Under the pieces are notes generated by a model, which saw only the letters and a list, made by a program, of their open reading frames with translations, was not told where the DNA came from and did no database searches. Made by a program: the position numbers and the translations under genes. This document shows, in pieces, positions 1 to 7,450 of a stretch of DNA of 42,211 nucleotides. This DNA is from a virus. Taxonomy: Duplodnaviria; Caudoviricetes. The stretch lies in IMG/VR virus record IMGVR_UViG_3300037692_000076, positions 1 to 42,211 of that record. The stretch is one strand, 5' to 3'. Position 1 is the first letter of the stretch. The number at the start of each line of letters is the position of its first letter.

Positions 1-524
1 GCAAGATAAGTTTACTATTTCCAGAATCCCGGCTATTTTCTAAGTTCTTCATTGTCGAAATCCTGTTTTAGTTTCCTATATTCCTTAAATGCTGCATTCA
101 ATTCATCCAAACTTACAGGCGGCCTATTTTCTGTATGCCGGAAATAGTTCAGCAGAATTATGCTATTGCGAAACCTATCCTGTGTCATCTTGGACTTTTC
201 AGTTAATTGCTTCATGTGCTTTATCAGAAAATCCGTGTCCTCTTTTTTCATTGTCAATACCTCAACCTCCGTAAACCCACAGCACAACAGTATCGATATA
301 GCCCGATCTAAATCAGTGTTGTATTCGGTTGAGTTTTCTCTCTTTGCTAACCTTGCATTCAAAGTATCTATGTAGGCTTCGCGCTCGTTAATTGCATTTA
401 CCAAATCTTCCAACATTTTCTTTGTTGCTTCCTTTTGTCCAAAAGTCATTTTTGCGGAAACCTCATGTAGGTATTGGCTGAACTTGGATAGCTTATCTTG
501 AATTGGAATCATTAGAAATTAGGT
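1..524. repeat. Diverged direct repeat of 40217..40740
   Basis: First 119 nt are identical to 40217..40335; about 28 substitutions counted by eye over 524 nt, no indels, mostly synonymous. Confidence 0.95.
33..512 (-). CDS. Hypothetical protein (159 aa) between initiator and helicase, allele A
   Basis: Intact ORF; differs from 40249..40728 by 4 conservative amino-acid changes. Confidence 0.85.
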   Translation of the reverse strand: MIPIQDKLSKFSQYLHEVSAKMTFGQKEATKKMLEDLVNAINEREAYIDTLNARLAKRENSTEYNTDLDRAISILLCCGFTEVEVLTMKKEDTDFLIKHMKQLTEKSKMTQDRFRNSIILLNYFRHTENRPPVSLDELNAAFKEYRKLKQDFDNEELRK

Positions 525-706
525 TGTCTTAAATCTATTTTTCGTATTTGAACTACGATTGTAAAGAATAAAAACGTTAATGAAAGATTATCTATAGTAT
601 ATGACACACCTTTCATTCTTAAATTCCCATTTCTTATTTTTGATGCAATAGGAATTAAATCAATTGTTAATTGAAATTCTATGAATATTCTATGAATTGC
701 TGTCAT
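512..706 (-). CDS. Small hypothetical protein of cassette A
   Basis: TAATG coupling to the next gene; distant homolog at 40728..40895 (IDLIP and C-terminal PNF). Confidence 0.7.
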   Translation of the reverse strand: MTAIHRIFIEFQLTIDLIPIASKIRNGNLRMKGVSYTIDNLSLTFLFFTIVVQIRKIDLRQPNF

Positions 707-1385
707 TTTTTTGGTTTTTAGGTTTATATATTCTATTCATTGACATTGATAAAGATTTCCCAAATGTTGATTTCCAGTTTATTTCTTTAACTTTTGATCT
801 TCGCTTATGATTCCAACCTTCATCAGTTGCCCAATATGTTTCACAAGCCTTTTTTATTGACATCTTAACGTTTATGTTTGGGTAGTACTCTTCCCACTTC
901 TCAATAAATTCATTATCCGCCATTATATTTATATATTCTTCTCTAAGAGTATTTAAGTATAAATCTTTATCTGTTCTCCACGTTGGTTCTTTATTAGTTA
1001 GTATATTATTTCCTTTAGTATTTATTTGTGGCGGGTTTTCCGTGTCCGGTTTTACCGTGTCCGGTTTTTGCCGTTCCGGTGAACTATCAATGTTTTCAGG
1101 TATTTCAAAAACATTGTAATCAATTCCTACATATTTACCGGATTCTCTTAACTCAACTTTTTGAATGTAACCACACTCTTCAAGTTCATTCATAGCAGAA
1201 TAAATACTTTCCTTACCTTCTTTTAAACATGCCGTTAATCCACTGATTGATAAATCCCAATTATCAGGTAATGAAAGCATGAATGATTGTAGTCCTTTAG
1301 CTTTAAGAGATAATTCTTTGTTTTTGAGATGGTGATTTGACATCACTGTGAAGTCCTTCGACTTTGCTACTATAATTCTATTCAT
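690..1385 (-). CDS. Phage replication initiator with N-terminal helix-turn-helix (cassette A)
   Basis: FTVMSNHHLKNKELSLKAKGL..LSLPDNW..ELEECGYI motif typical of HTH phage initiators; internal KPDT repeats; ATG at 1385 preferred over the TTG at 1436. Confidence 0.8.
   Translation of the reverse strand: MNRIIVAKSKDFTVMSNHHLKNKELSLKAKGLQSFMLSLPDNWDLSISGLTACLKEGKESIYSAMNELEECGYIQKVELRESGKYVGIDYNVFEIPENIDSSPERQKPDTVKPDTENPPQINTKGNNILTNKEPTWRTDKDLYLNTLREEYINIMADNEFIEKWEEYYPNINVKMSIKKACETYWATDEGWNHKRRSKVKEINWKSTFGKSLSMSMNRIYKPKNQKNDSNS
1031..1080. repeat. Putative origin iterons of cassette A
   Basis: CCGTGTCCGGTTTT at 1040 and 1055 (15-nt period) with partial copies on both sides, next to an AT-rich tract inside the initiator gene, as in lambda O-type origins. 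Confidence 0.7.
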
Positions 1386-1473
1386 TGGCTTAAAAAATAA
1401 ATCCCCTTTGGTTTCGGGGTGCAGCCCTACTCCCAAAGAGGTTAAAGTCTTTTTTGTTCCTGCACGAACGAAT

Positions 1474-1569
1474 ACAAATATACTCTTTATTCCGATATTA
1501 TTGAATATACATCTTACTTTTTATTGTAACAAATGAATATTCCTCCGGGTAATCCTGAACGAATTTGTT
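1474..1569. repeat. Direct repeat of 42116..42211
   Basis: 96 nt with one mismatch (1492 vs 42134); the last 77 nt are identical. Confidence 0.95.
1475..1482 (-). promoter_or_regulatory. Bacteroidota-type -7 promoter box upstream of the replication cassette
   Basis: TATATTTG on the minus strand (TAnnTTTG consensus); same box at 42117..42124. Confidence 0.6.
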
Positions 1570-1707
1570 CCTTATTGTGTACAATTTCAAAAGTGGCTTT
1601 CTGATATTTGCCAATAACTCATGATATTTCTTTGAATTATCGTTAGGTATGGATTTCATGTAATTTTCAAAATAGTCTATTTCGATGTTATTCTGTCTAA
1701 TGTTCAT
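1498..1707 (-). CDS. Hypothetical protein
   Basis: ORF tiles with neighbours (ATGA overlap). Confidence 0.6.
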   Translation of the reverse strand: MNIRQNNIEIDYFENYMKSIPNDNSKKYHELLANIRKPLLKLYTIRNKFVQDYPEEYSFVTIKSKMYIQ

Positions 1708-1898
1708 TTATCAATGGTTTGAAGGTGAATAGTAACTACTTCGTGATCGCTGTCATTGAAGGCCTGTTCTCGATTAAATCGGAAATCTTCCAATTCTTTT
1801 TGGTTATCAAATTCCAGCTTAAGCCTTTTAAATCGAATGGTTTTCTTCTTTGCGCCTCCGTTAATTGCACAAATGGTTATTGCTTTTAAATGTATCAT
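1704..1898 (-). CDS. Hypothetical protein
   Basis: ORF tiles with neighbours. Confidence 0.6.
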   Translation of the reverse strand: MIHLKAITICAINGGAKKKTIRFKRLKLEFDNQKELEDFRFNREQAFNDSDHEVVTIHLQTIDK

Positions 1899-1904
1899 GC
1901 GTAT

Positions 1905-2135
1905 TTAGAATGAGTTTACATATTCGTTTAATATATTGCACATTTCACTATCCCAGCTAAGAACCTTCCCGTTTGACTGGTAAAATACTTTTATGTGAGG
2001 AAAATGATGAAATACATCGCCTGAATCTTTGAATCGATCAGTGGTTTCAACAATACCTAAATATCGTTCAATGAAATTAGGTGTCTTTGTTACAAAGTAT
2101 AGCCCGTCTTTCTTTTCTATTTTAGTAATATTCAT
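1905..2135 (-). CDS. Hypothetical protein
   Basis: ORF; start at 2135 (MNITK) preferred because the upstream extension lies inside a hairpin. Confidence 0.6.
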   Translation of the reverse strand: MNITKIEKKDGLYFVTKTPNFIERYLGIVETTDRFKDSGDVFHHFPHIKVFYQSNGKVLSWDSEMCNILNEYVNSF

Positions 2136-2224
2136 TCGTAGGAAATTAATCCCCCTCATAGTTCCCATTTAAAAATCAGTCCTATAGTTGCGATTAGGAT
2201 AGTTTACCTATGAGGGGGAATTGG

Positions 2225-2446
2225 TTAAAGATTATTTATTAATTCTTCCTTTGAAAAATAGCAATTTTCCTCTTTGACCAATGCTAATTTCCAATTTTCT
2301 TCTGTCCCTGTGTTAATGTAGATTTCCTTTTTAATTTCTTTTTTAACCTGACATTCCATAATCACAATACGAGCATTAACAGCCTTGTTATCTACAATTA
2401 CCCATACTGATTCACCTAAATTAAATTTGAATTGTACTGTAGTCAT
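2225..2446 (-). CDS. Small hypothetical phage protein (SH3-like beta-rich)
   Basis: KFNLGESVW...YFSKEELI pattern common in small phage proteins. Confidence 0.65.
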   Translation of the reverse strand: MTTVQFKFNLGESVWVIVDNKAVNARIVIMECQVKKEIKKEIYINTGTEENWKLALVKEENCYFSKEELINNL

Positions 2447-2457
2447 CTTTTTTGATT

Positions 2458-3291
2458 TTATTTAATAAACTTTGATTGTTTCCACTTCGGTTTGCTCATA
2501 GTAAAATATGGCATTTCAGCATTCCAAAATTCGTAGCCCTGATACCATAGCTTCTCATCCAAGCAATACCGAAATGCTGTGAGTGTCTTTTCAAACTCAT
2601 CCTTTGCAGCTTCGCAGTAATCGCTTGGACAATGTATAACTACTGAATTGTACGGGGTTTCTTTTTCAACTACGATGAATACAAACTCCGGGAACTTGTA
2701 CGCGGTTTTATGGTAGCCAGTTAAATAGGCTCCGACCTGCAAATCATATTCCAATTCAGCAGCCTGTTTGAACCATTTGTCCGGTTCAGCGTTCGCAGTT
2801 GTTTTGAAGTCGCAAATGATTAGATGTTCCTCAATTTCACATTCAGCATCTACATATCCAATGATTGGAATCTCTGTTTTCTTGTCCGTCCATTCCAACT
2901 TCTTTTGGATTTTTGTAACGCTGTTGAGATACGGTTGACATAGTTCGTTTTCCTTAACTGATTCAGCAAGTATTAATGCCAGCCTATGAGTTTCGTCGCT
3001 AATAAGAGTTTTCTTATTGGCCTTGGCATCTTGTACCATACCAGCCCATGTTGCCTTGGCATCGTTCGAACGCCTTTCAAACTTCGTAAATACTTCGAAT
3101 TTGTCTTTAAACTTTTCAGGTTCAAAAACTAAGCATTCGGTAGCATTACCGATGGTGAATTCTTCTTTTTCTTCCCGAGGCTTTGTAATATACTCAATGT
3201 AATGCTTCGGGCTTTTACGGAAGGCTTTCAGACTTGAATAGCTTACCGGCCTTTTTTTAAGGTCTTCGAGTGTTAAGATTGGTATATACAT
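2458..3291 (-). CDS. PD-(D/E)XK exonuclease, RecE/exonuclease VIII-like (DUF3799-type)
   Basis: SYSSLK..SPKHY, GYVD..ICDFKTT, YDLQVGAY and FVFIVVEKETPY motifs; adjacent to an annealase. Confidence 0.85.
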   Translation of the reverse strand: MYIPILTLEDLKKRPVSYSSLKAFRKSPKHYIEYITKPREEKEEFTIGNATECLVFEPEKFKDKFEVFTKFERRSNDAKATWAGMVQDAKANKKTLISDETHRLALILAESVKENELCQPYLNSVTKIQKKLEWTDKKTEIPIIGYVDAECEIEEHLIICDFKTTANAEPDKWFKQAAELEYDLQVGAYLTGYHKTAYKFPEFVFIVVEKETPYNSVVIHCPSDYCEAAKDEFEKTLTAFRYCLDEKLWYQGYEFWNAEMPYFTMSKPKWKQSKFIK

Positions 3292-3983
3292 TAGATGAAC
3301 ATTTCAAGTATTCCCTCATAAAACTCAACCGTATTATTTCCGTGCGCTTCGGCTTCCAGTAGCTTGTTTCGAATAGCTTCGTTCATTTCCACATCTTGGC
3401 AGAATGATAGTTGCTTGCTGATTGCTGTTTTCAGATTGGCTATAATATCCTTATCGGTATACTCAACCACTCTTACAGATTTGAATTCCTCACCTCCGTA
3501 AATGTCCGAAGCAACTCCAAGTTCACTTGCGCACTTCTTTAGTGCATCGGTTGTGGCGGCCTTAAGATCGTTTCCAAGATCGAGAGGAGAATCCGAAGGC
3601 TGTTTTTTTCCCTTTCCTGCTGCATCGGTTATGTATTCAGTTTTGAATGCAATGTCAGACCGGCCAAATTGTTCTTTTACAATTGTTCTTTCTTTCACAT
3701 TTACGGTCAACCTGCCAAGTACGATACATTGCTTCGACTGCATATTGTATTCGAATTGTTTGATCTCAAACGACCAATCCCAACCGAATACCATGTTTAG
3801 TACTTTTTTAACGTATACGCCTGTCACGTAATCCCATTCTCCACCTCCTTTTGCCGGACGTGAATAGATGTGATTCTTTGGCGTTTCGGCTAACAGCATG
3901 TTAAGCTGCTTTGCATTTAGAATCGGGTTTTCTACCTTGGAAATCTCACTCAAAGAGATAACGGGTGTGTTTTTGTTTTCCAT
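3291..3983 (-). CDS. Rad52/Rad22-family single-strand annealing protein (Sak-like)
   Basis: YV..V...LN.VFG..W and KAATTDALKKCASELGV..DIY motifs. Confidence 0.85.
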   Translation of the reverse strand: MENKNTPVISLSEISKVENPILNAKQLNMLLAETPKNHIYSRPAKGGGEWDYVTGVYVKKVLNMVFGWDWSFEIKQFEYNMQSKQCIVLGRLTVNVKERTIVKEQFGRSDIAFKTEYITDAAGKGKKQPSDSPLDLGNDLKAATTDALKKCASELGVASDIYGGEEFKSVRVVEYTDKDIIANLKTAISKQLSFCQDVEMNEAIRNKLLEAEAHGNNTVEFYEGILEMFI

Positions 3984-4003
3984 ACTTACTTATTTTGGTT
4001 TCT

Positions 4004-4011
4004 CAAATATA
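4004..4011 (-). promoter_or_regulatory. -7 promoter box upstream of the recombination operon
   Basis: TATATTTG on the minus strand 20 nt before the Rad52-like start codon. Confidence 0.55.
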
Positions 4012-4028
4012 CTAATATATACTGAATA

Positions 4029-4244
4029 TTATAGCATTTGTTGCAATTCATTTTCGAAATCTTCGGGTAATCTTAGCTTTTTTGCAATGATAATTGCCTC
4101 ATTAATCGTATCATCCCAAAAGATTCTTTCCTCGTGAATGTATAACCGAAGTGATCGCTCAATCATTAACTTTTCAGAATCGGTCAAAGGCACAGGCCAG
4201 TCTATTGGCTTTTGTTCTTTTTGTTGGAGGGCTTTTTTTAGCAT
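4029..4244 (-). CDS. Hypothetical protein
   Basis: ORF tiles with neighbours. Confidence 0.6.
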   Translation of the reverse strand: MLKKALQQKEQKPIDWPVPLTDSEKLMIERSLRLYIHEERIFWDDTINEAIIIAKKLRLPEDFENELQQML

Positions 4245-4414
4245 GGGTTAAATGGATTTAATGCGTCGGTTTCAAAAAGTGTATCAGCATATTCGGTTGC
4301 AAGTTCAACCATTTCTTTAATATGAATAGGATTGTTATAATTCACATATGTAGTTAATTCGTTATTCGCTAATATTCCAGCGAGTAGTTGAGTTGCTATT
4401 TCTATTCTTTCCAT
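4238..4414 (-). CDS. Small hypothetical protein (58 aa, MERIEIATQLLAGILAN...ATEYADTL), not in ORF track
   Basis: Hand-translated; A..YAD.L helical motif common in small phage proteins; fills the gap between genes. Confidence 0.65.
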   Translation of the reverse strand: MERIEIATQLLAGILANNELTTYVNYNNPIHIKEMVELATEYADTLFETDALNPFNPC

Positions 4415-4542
4415 AGTTCTAATTTATGATTTAAAGCACTGTTTTTTAAACGTTCGTCTTTTTTGAATATATACCACGCTTTAAGCATTGATGTGTAAAT
4501 TTGCCCCTAATGTTACATACTTCGCGTTGCTTTGCGTACTGA

Positions 4543-4752
4543 TCAATAATCTTCCGGGTCTGGTTCGTTGCTGTCGGAATATCCACACGATCTACAATCC
4601 TTTTCTTCGTATTCGTACCAGTTACTTTTGATCTTAATTCTCCCTGGTTTAATCTCAAAGTCATCTGACTGGCATATCGGGCATGTTTCAGCTTCTTTTT
4701 GGTTCCACGGTGCATCTGGGTGGTTTTGTGTTCCTACTGGTAAATTGCTCAT
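4543..4752 (-). CDS. Small zinc-ribbon protein
   Basis: CPIC and CRSC pairs; PDAPWN N-terminal motif. Confidence 0.7.
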   Translation of the reverse strand: MSNLPVGTQNHPDAPWNQKEAETCPICQSDDFEIKPGRIKIKSNWYEYEEKDCRSCGYSDSNEPDPEDY

Positions 4753-4778
4753 TGCATTTTTTTATTAAGATTGAATTT

Positions 4779-4970
4779 TTATTGGTTGCGATTATCTTGT
4801 ATGTGATTTTCATAGATGCTTGTATTTGTTGATTTCAATTTTCTGCCTTTTATAATCGCATAGACAATAACAAGCGTACTTGCGCTAATTAGGAATGTGT
4901 ACAAAGGCCATACTGCGAAGAATCCACAGCATACCAAAACTACTGATATTATAATTGTCGACTTTTTCAT
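4779..4970 (-). CDS. Small membrane protein
   Basis: Two hydrophobic segments. Confidence 0.6.
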   Translation of the reverse strand: MKKSTIIISVVLVCCGFFAVWPLYTFLISASTLVIVYAIIKGRKLKSTNTSIYENHIQDNRNQ

Positions 4971-5107
4971 ACGCAGTCTTCGGCCATGGTGTAATAAAAG
5001 TTCGCTTTGTCTACTTGTTTTTTGTAATCTTTCCGACCGACTAGAATTCCGGCTCCAAAGGCTAAGGCTAACAATATAGCCACGATGATGATCGTTTGTT
5101 TTTTCAT
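4967..5107 (-). CDS. Small single-TM protein (46 aa, MKKQTIIIVAILLALAFGAGILVG...), not in ORF track
   Basis: Hand-translated; ATGA overlaps at both ends. Confidence 0.6.
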   Translation of the reverse strand: MKKQTIIIVAILLALAFGAGILVGRKDYKKQVDKANFYYTMAEDCV

Positions 5108-5268
5108 GGGTTCTTTATTTTAAAGTAGTTAATTTCCTTTTTCATTTCATCGATTAGCTTCTTTGCCGTCATTAAGATAATCCCGCAATAGTGGCCTTCG
5201 GATTGCCATACATAATAATGAGTTTCAAACTCATCAATAAACTTGATTTTTTCTTGTAGTGTCATCAT
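5104..5268 (-). CDS. Small hypothetical protein (MMTLQEKIKFIDEF...), not in ORF track
   Basis: Hand-translated; tiles between neighbours. Confidence 0.55.
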   Translation of the reverse strand: MMTLQEKIKFIDEFETHYYVWQSEGHYCGIILMTAKKLIDEMKKEINYFKIKNP

Positions 5269-5275
5269 GGCTTTA

Positions 5276-5488
5276 TTAGTTTTCGTAAACTACTTGGTAC
5301 ATTCCGGGTGCGAACATTCTTAAGCGAAGATTCATAATCCTGTTGAAATCCTTCATGAATTTAACATCTTCTGTTTGTGCTAATCGATTAATAAGCCTCT
5401 GCCTAAAATCTTCGGGCATTTCGCTATATACCCTTGTGTAGTATTCGGCTGCTGTGTGTTTTGTTATTGGTTGGCTGTAAAGTGTCAT
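5276..5488 (-). CDS. Hypothetical protein, first gene of the leftward early transcript
   Basis: ORF follows an AT-rich divergent promoter region. Confidence 0.6.
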   Translation of the reverse strand: MTLYSQPITKHTAAEYYTRVYSEMPEDFRQRLINRLAQTEDVKFMKDFNRIMNLRLRMFAPGMYQVVYEN

Positions 5489-5615
5489 TGTTGTATATAT
5501 GGTTTATATCAATATATACGGACAATATTAATACTTTGTTTCGTTTCGTCAAACAATTAGTGCATTTATTTTATTGAATTGTGACGAATGAATGGTTTTT
5601 GAGTATTAAATTTTA

Positions 5616-5647
5616 TTTGTTTACATAAAACGAATAATATATATTTG
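5616..5647 (+). promoter_or_regulatory. Bacteroidota sigma-70 promoter (-33 TTTG, -7 TATATTTG)
   Basis: TTTG at 5616-5619 and TATATTTG at 5640-5647, 20-nt spacer, just upstream of the only plus-strand gene. Confidence 0.7.
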
Positions 5648-5664
5648 TCGTAAAATATAAACAA

Positions 5665-6477
5665 ATGATAAATACACATGAATCAAAATTAGGGCAATCG
5701 GTTTATATGACTGAATTGTATGATTATTTAGGTTTAAATAAATCTAATTATTCTCATTTTGTAAAAGCAAATGTGTTGAATAATGCGTATTCTGAAATAA
5801 ATAAAGATTACTCGTTGTTCGGTACAAGTATTAATAATGTAGGTAAAAAAGGGCAATTCAGAATAGATTATTATATACATATTGACTTTGCAAAAAAACT
5901 TTGCATGGTTTCAAAAAGTGCAAAAGGCAATGAGATAAGGGATGAACTCGTAAAAATAACAAAGCAGGTTGAAACAGCATGTCTTGTTTCTCATCAACAG
6001 GTTTTAGATATTATAAAAATGATTAAAGTGTTTTCAGTTTACGAACATCGAAAATTAGCGCTTACTAAAAATGCTGAAAATTACGTTAATAATGCTTTAG
6101 CTATTCATCCCGAATACTCAAAAAACACCAACCTATTATACGGAAAATTTCACCAATGGAGAAATGAAGTATTGCAAACGGGTAAGGAGGTTTTATCAGA
6201 ACGCGTTAAAGAATATTGTCTAGTTGAAAGAAAGCGTATACCTGCGAAATTTACACAGGATGAGGCTTTAACATTAATGGGCGATTACGAACAAATAAAA
6301 AATGCTATTTGGGATTTACTTTGCAGCCAAAATAAAAGCGAAGAAATGATAAATAATATTTGCTCATTGGCTCATGATTTAGCAAAAGAGATGAAGCCAT
6401 TTTTAGAACGACTTAATCAAAGTAACTTATTTTTTAAAAAGATTGAATCAACAGATGTTAAGGCCATTTTGGATTAA
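5665..6477 (+). CDS. AntA/AntB-type antirepressor-like DNA-binding protein
   Basis: ELYDYLGL..YSHF..DY...DYYIHIDFAKKLCMVSKSAKGNEIR matches the AntA N-terminal pattern. Confidence 0.75.
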   Translation: MINTHESKLGQSVYMTELYDYLGLNKSNYSHFVKANVLNNAYSEINKDYSLFGTSINNVGKKGQFRIDYYIHIDFAKKLCMVSKSAKGNEIRDELVKITKQVETACLVSHQQVLDIIKMIKVFSVYEHRKLALTKNAENYVNNALAIHPEYSKNTNLLYGKFHQWRNEVLQTGKEVLSERVKEYCLVERKRIPAKFTQDEALTLMGDYEQIKNAIWDLLCSQNKSEEMINNICSLAHDLAKEMKPFLERLNQSNLFFKKIESTDVKAILD

Positions 6478-6480
6478 ATA

Positions 6481-6511
6481 AAAAAGCCCCTAAATTTCTC
6501 TAGAGGCTTTT
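6481..6511. terminator. Bidirectional intrinsic terminator between convergent genes
   Basis: AAAAAAGCCCCTA...TAGAGGCTTTT hairpin flanked by A and T tracts. Confidence 0.7.
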
Positions 6512-6551
6512 ACCAAAAAAAGTATGAAAACAAACTTAACCCTAAAACCTG

Positions 6552-6782
6552 CTACTCATCAACTTCTGGAATCAATTCCAAGATAGCATCTACTACCTGA
6601 TAAACAATTTCTACAGCACCGGGATAAAGCTTTTCGAGATCGTCTTTTAAACGTTCGAGGCCTTGGTTATCGGCTAACTTAATGATTAAACCGTCTACTT
6701 TTTCGCCGGCTGCATTTAATTTAATTACTCTTTCGAGTTTTTGTTCTTGATCTTCGGTTAAAAATCCTTTTCTTTCGTCCAT
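6552..6782 (-). CDS. Hypothetical protein
   Basis: ORF preceded by a TACATTTG box at 6815-6822. Confidence 0.7.
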   Translation of the reverse strand: MDERKGFLTEDQEQKLERVIKLNAAGEKVDGLIIKLADNQGLERLKDDLEKLYPGAVEIVYQVVDAILELIPEVDE

Positions 6783-6827
6783 GACAAATGTTTTTAGTTT
6801 ATGATTAAGTAGATCAAATGTACATTA

Positions 6828-7079
6828 TTATTCTTTGTTGCCAAAGCAGTTTGAAATGTATTTTCCTGCTATCCCTGCACTCGAAGCAATAGCAATAACA
6901 ACAGGTGGAAATACAAACACAGCCCCGATAATTGGGACAATCATACTAAATGCTAGCATTCCGTCACCAATAACACGCATAATCTTTGGAGTACGCTTAT
7001 AATATGTTTTACCGAATGGAATACCCACCTCCATTTTATCGCCAAGACTTAATGCTTTGTTCTTGAAAAGTTTTTTCAT
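6828..7079 (-). CDS. Putative holin-like membrane protein
   Basis: TPK..R.IGD followed by two TM segments; lies in the lysis region. Confidence 0.5.
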   Translation of the reverse strand: MKKLFKNKALSLGDKMEVGIPFGKTYYKRTPKIMRVIGDGMLAFSMIVPIIGAVFVFPPVVIAIASSAGIAGKYISNCFGNKE

Positions 7080-7081
7080 AT

Positions 7082-7450
7082 TTAATTTTTATTATAAATC
7101 ATTAATCCAAATGAAATAATCGAAATGATAACGCTTACAATTGCAATTATATACAGCATATTCTGACTTCCTCCTACCTTTGTTCCTTCCAGTTTTTCGA
7201 ACTTGGTTTCTAAATTTGTTACACGGTCATTTAATCCGTTGTACTTGCTTTCGCTTTCAGCCCTTGGCATTAATGTACGGCTTTGATCAGATAATGTATT
7301 TCTGAACTCGTTAACAGATTCAAAACGCTTTTCGGTGGCTATCTCGGCTTTCGTTACCGCCTTGTCCAGTGCCTTGAATTTAGCTTCAAAATACTTTTTA
7401 ATGGTTTTAACATTCCATTCCATTACTTCGATGTGTAATTGATTGTCCAT
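7082..7450 (-). CDS. Coiled-coil protein with C-terminal TM helix (lysis module)
   Basis: Heptad-like region then LYIIAIVSVIISIISFGLMIY. Confidence 0.6.
   Translation of the reverse strand: MDNQLHIEVMEWNVKTIKKYFEAKFKALDKAVTKAEIATEKRFESVNEFRNTLSDQSRTLMPRAESESKYNGLNDRVTNLETKFEKLEGTKVGGSQNMLYIIAIVSVIISIISFGLMIYNKN

Noticed and set aside
1-524. Physical direct terminal repeats of the virion DNA
   Set aside because: The copies differ at about 28 sites and flank non-homologous cassettes; the terminase types suggest headful packaging; the pattern fits allelic variants or assembly overlap better
2148-2222. tRNA gene
   Set aside because: Right length, but no T-loop/D-loop consensus or cloverleaf; kept only as a generic hairpin
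4446-4715. 89-aa basic minus-strand ORF
   Set aside because: Mostly overlaps the better-supported zinc-ribbon ORF 4543..4752 in another frame; only its 3' end might be coding
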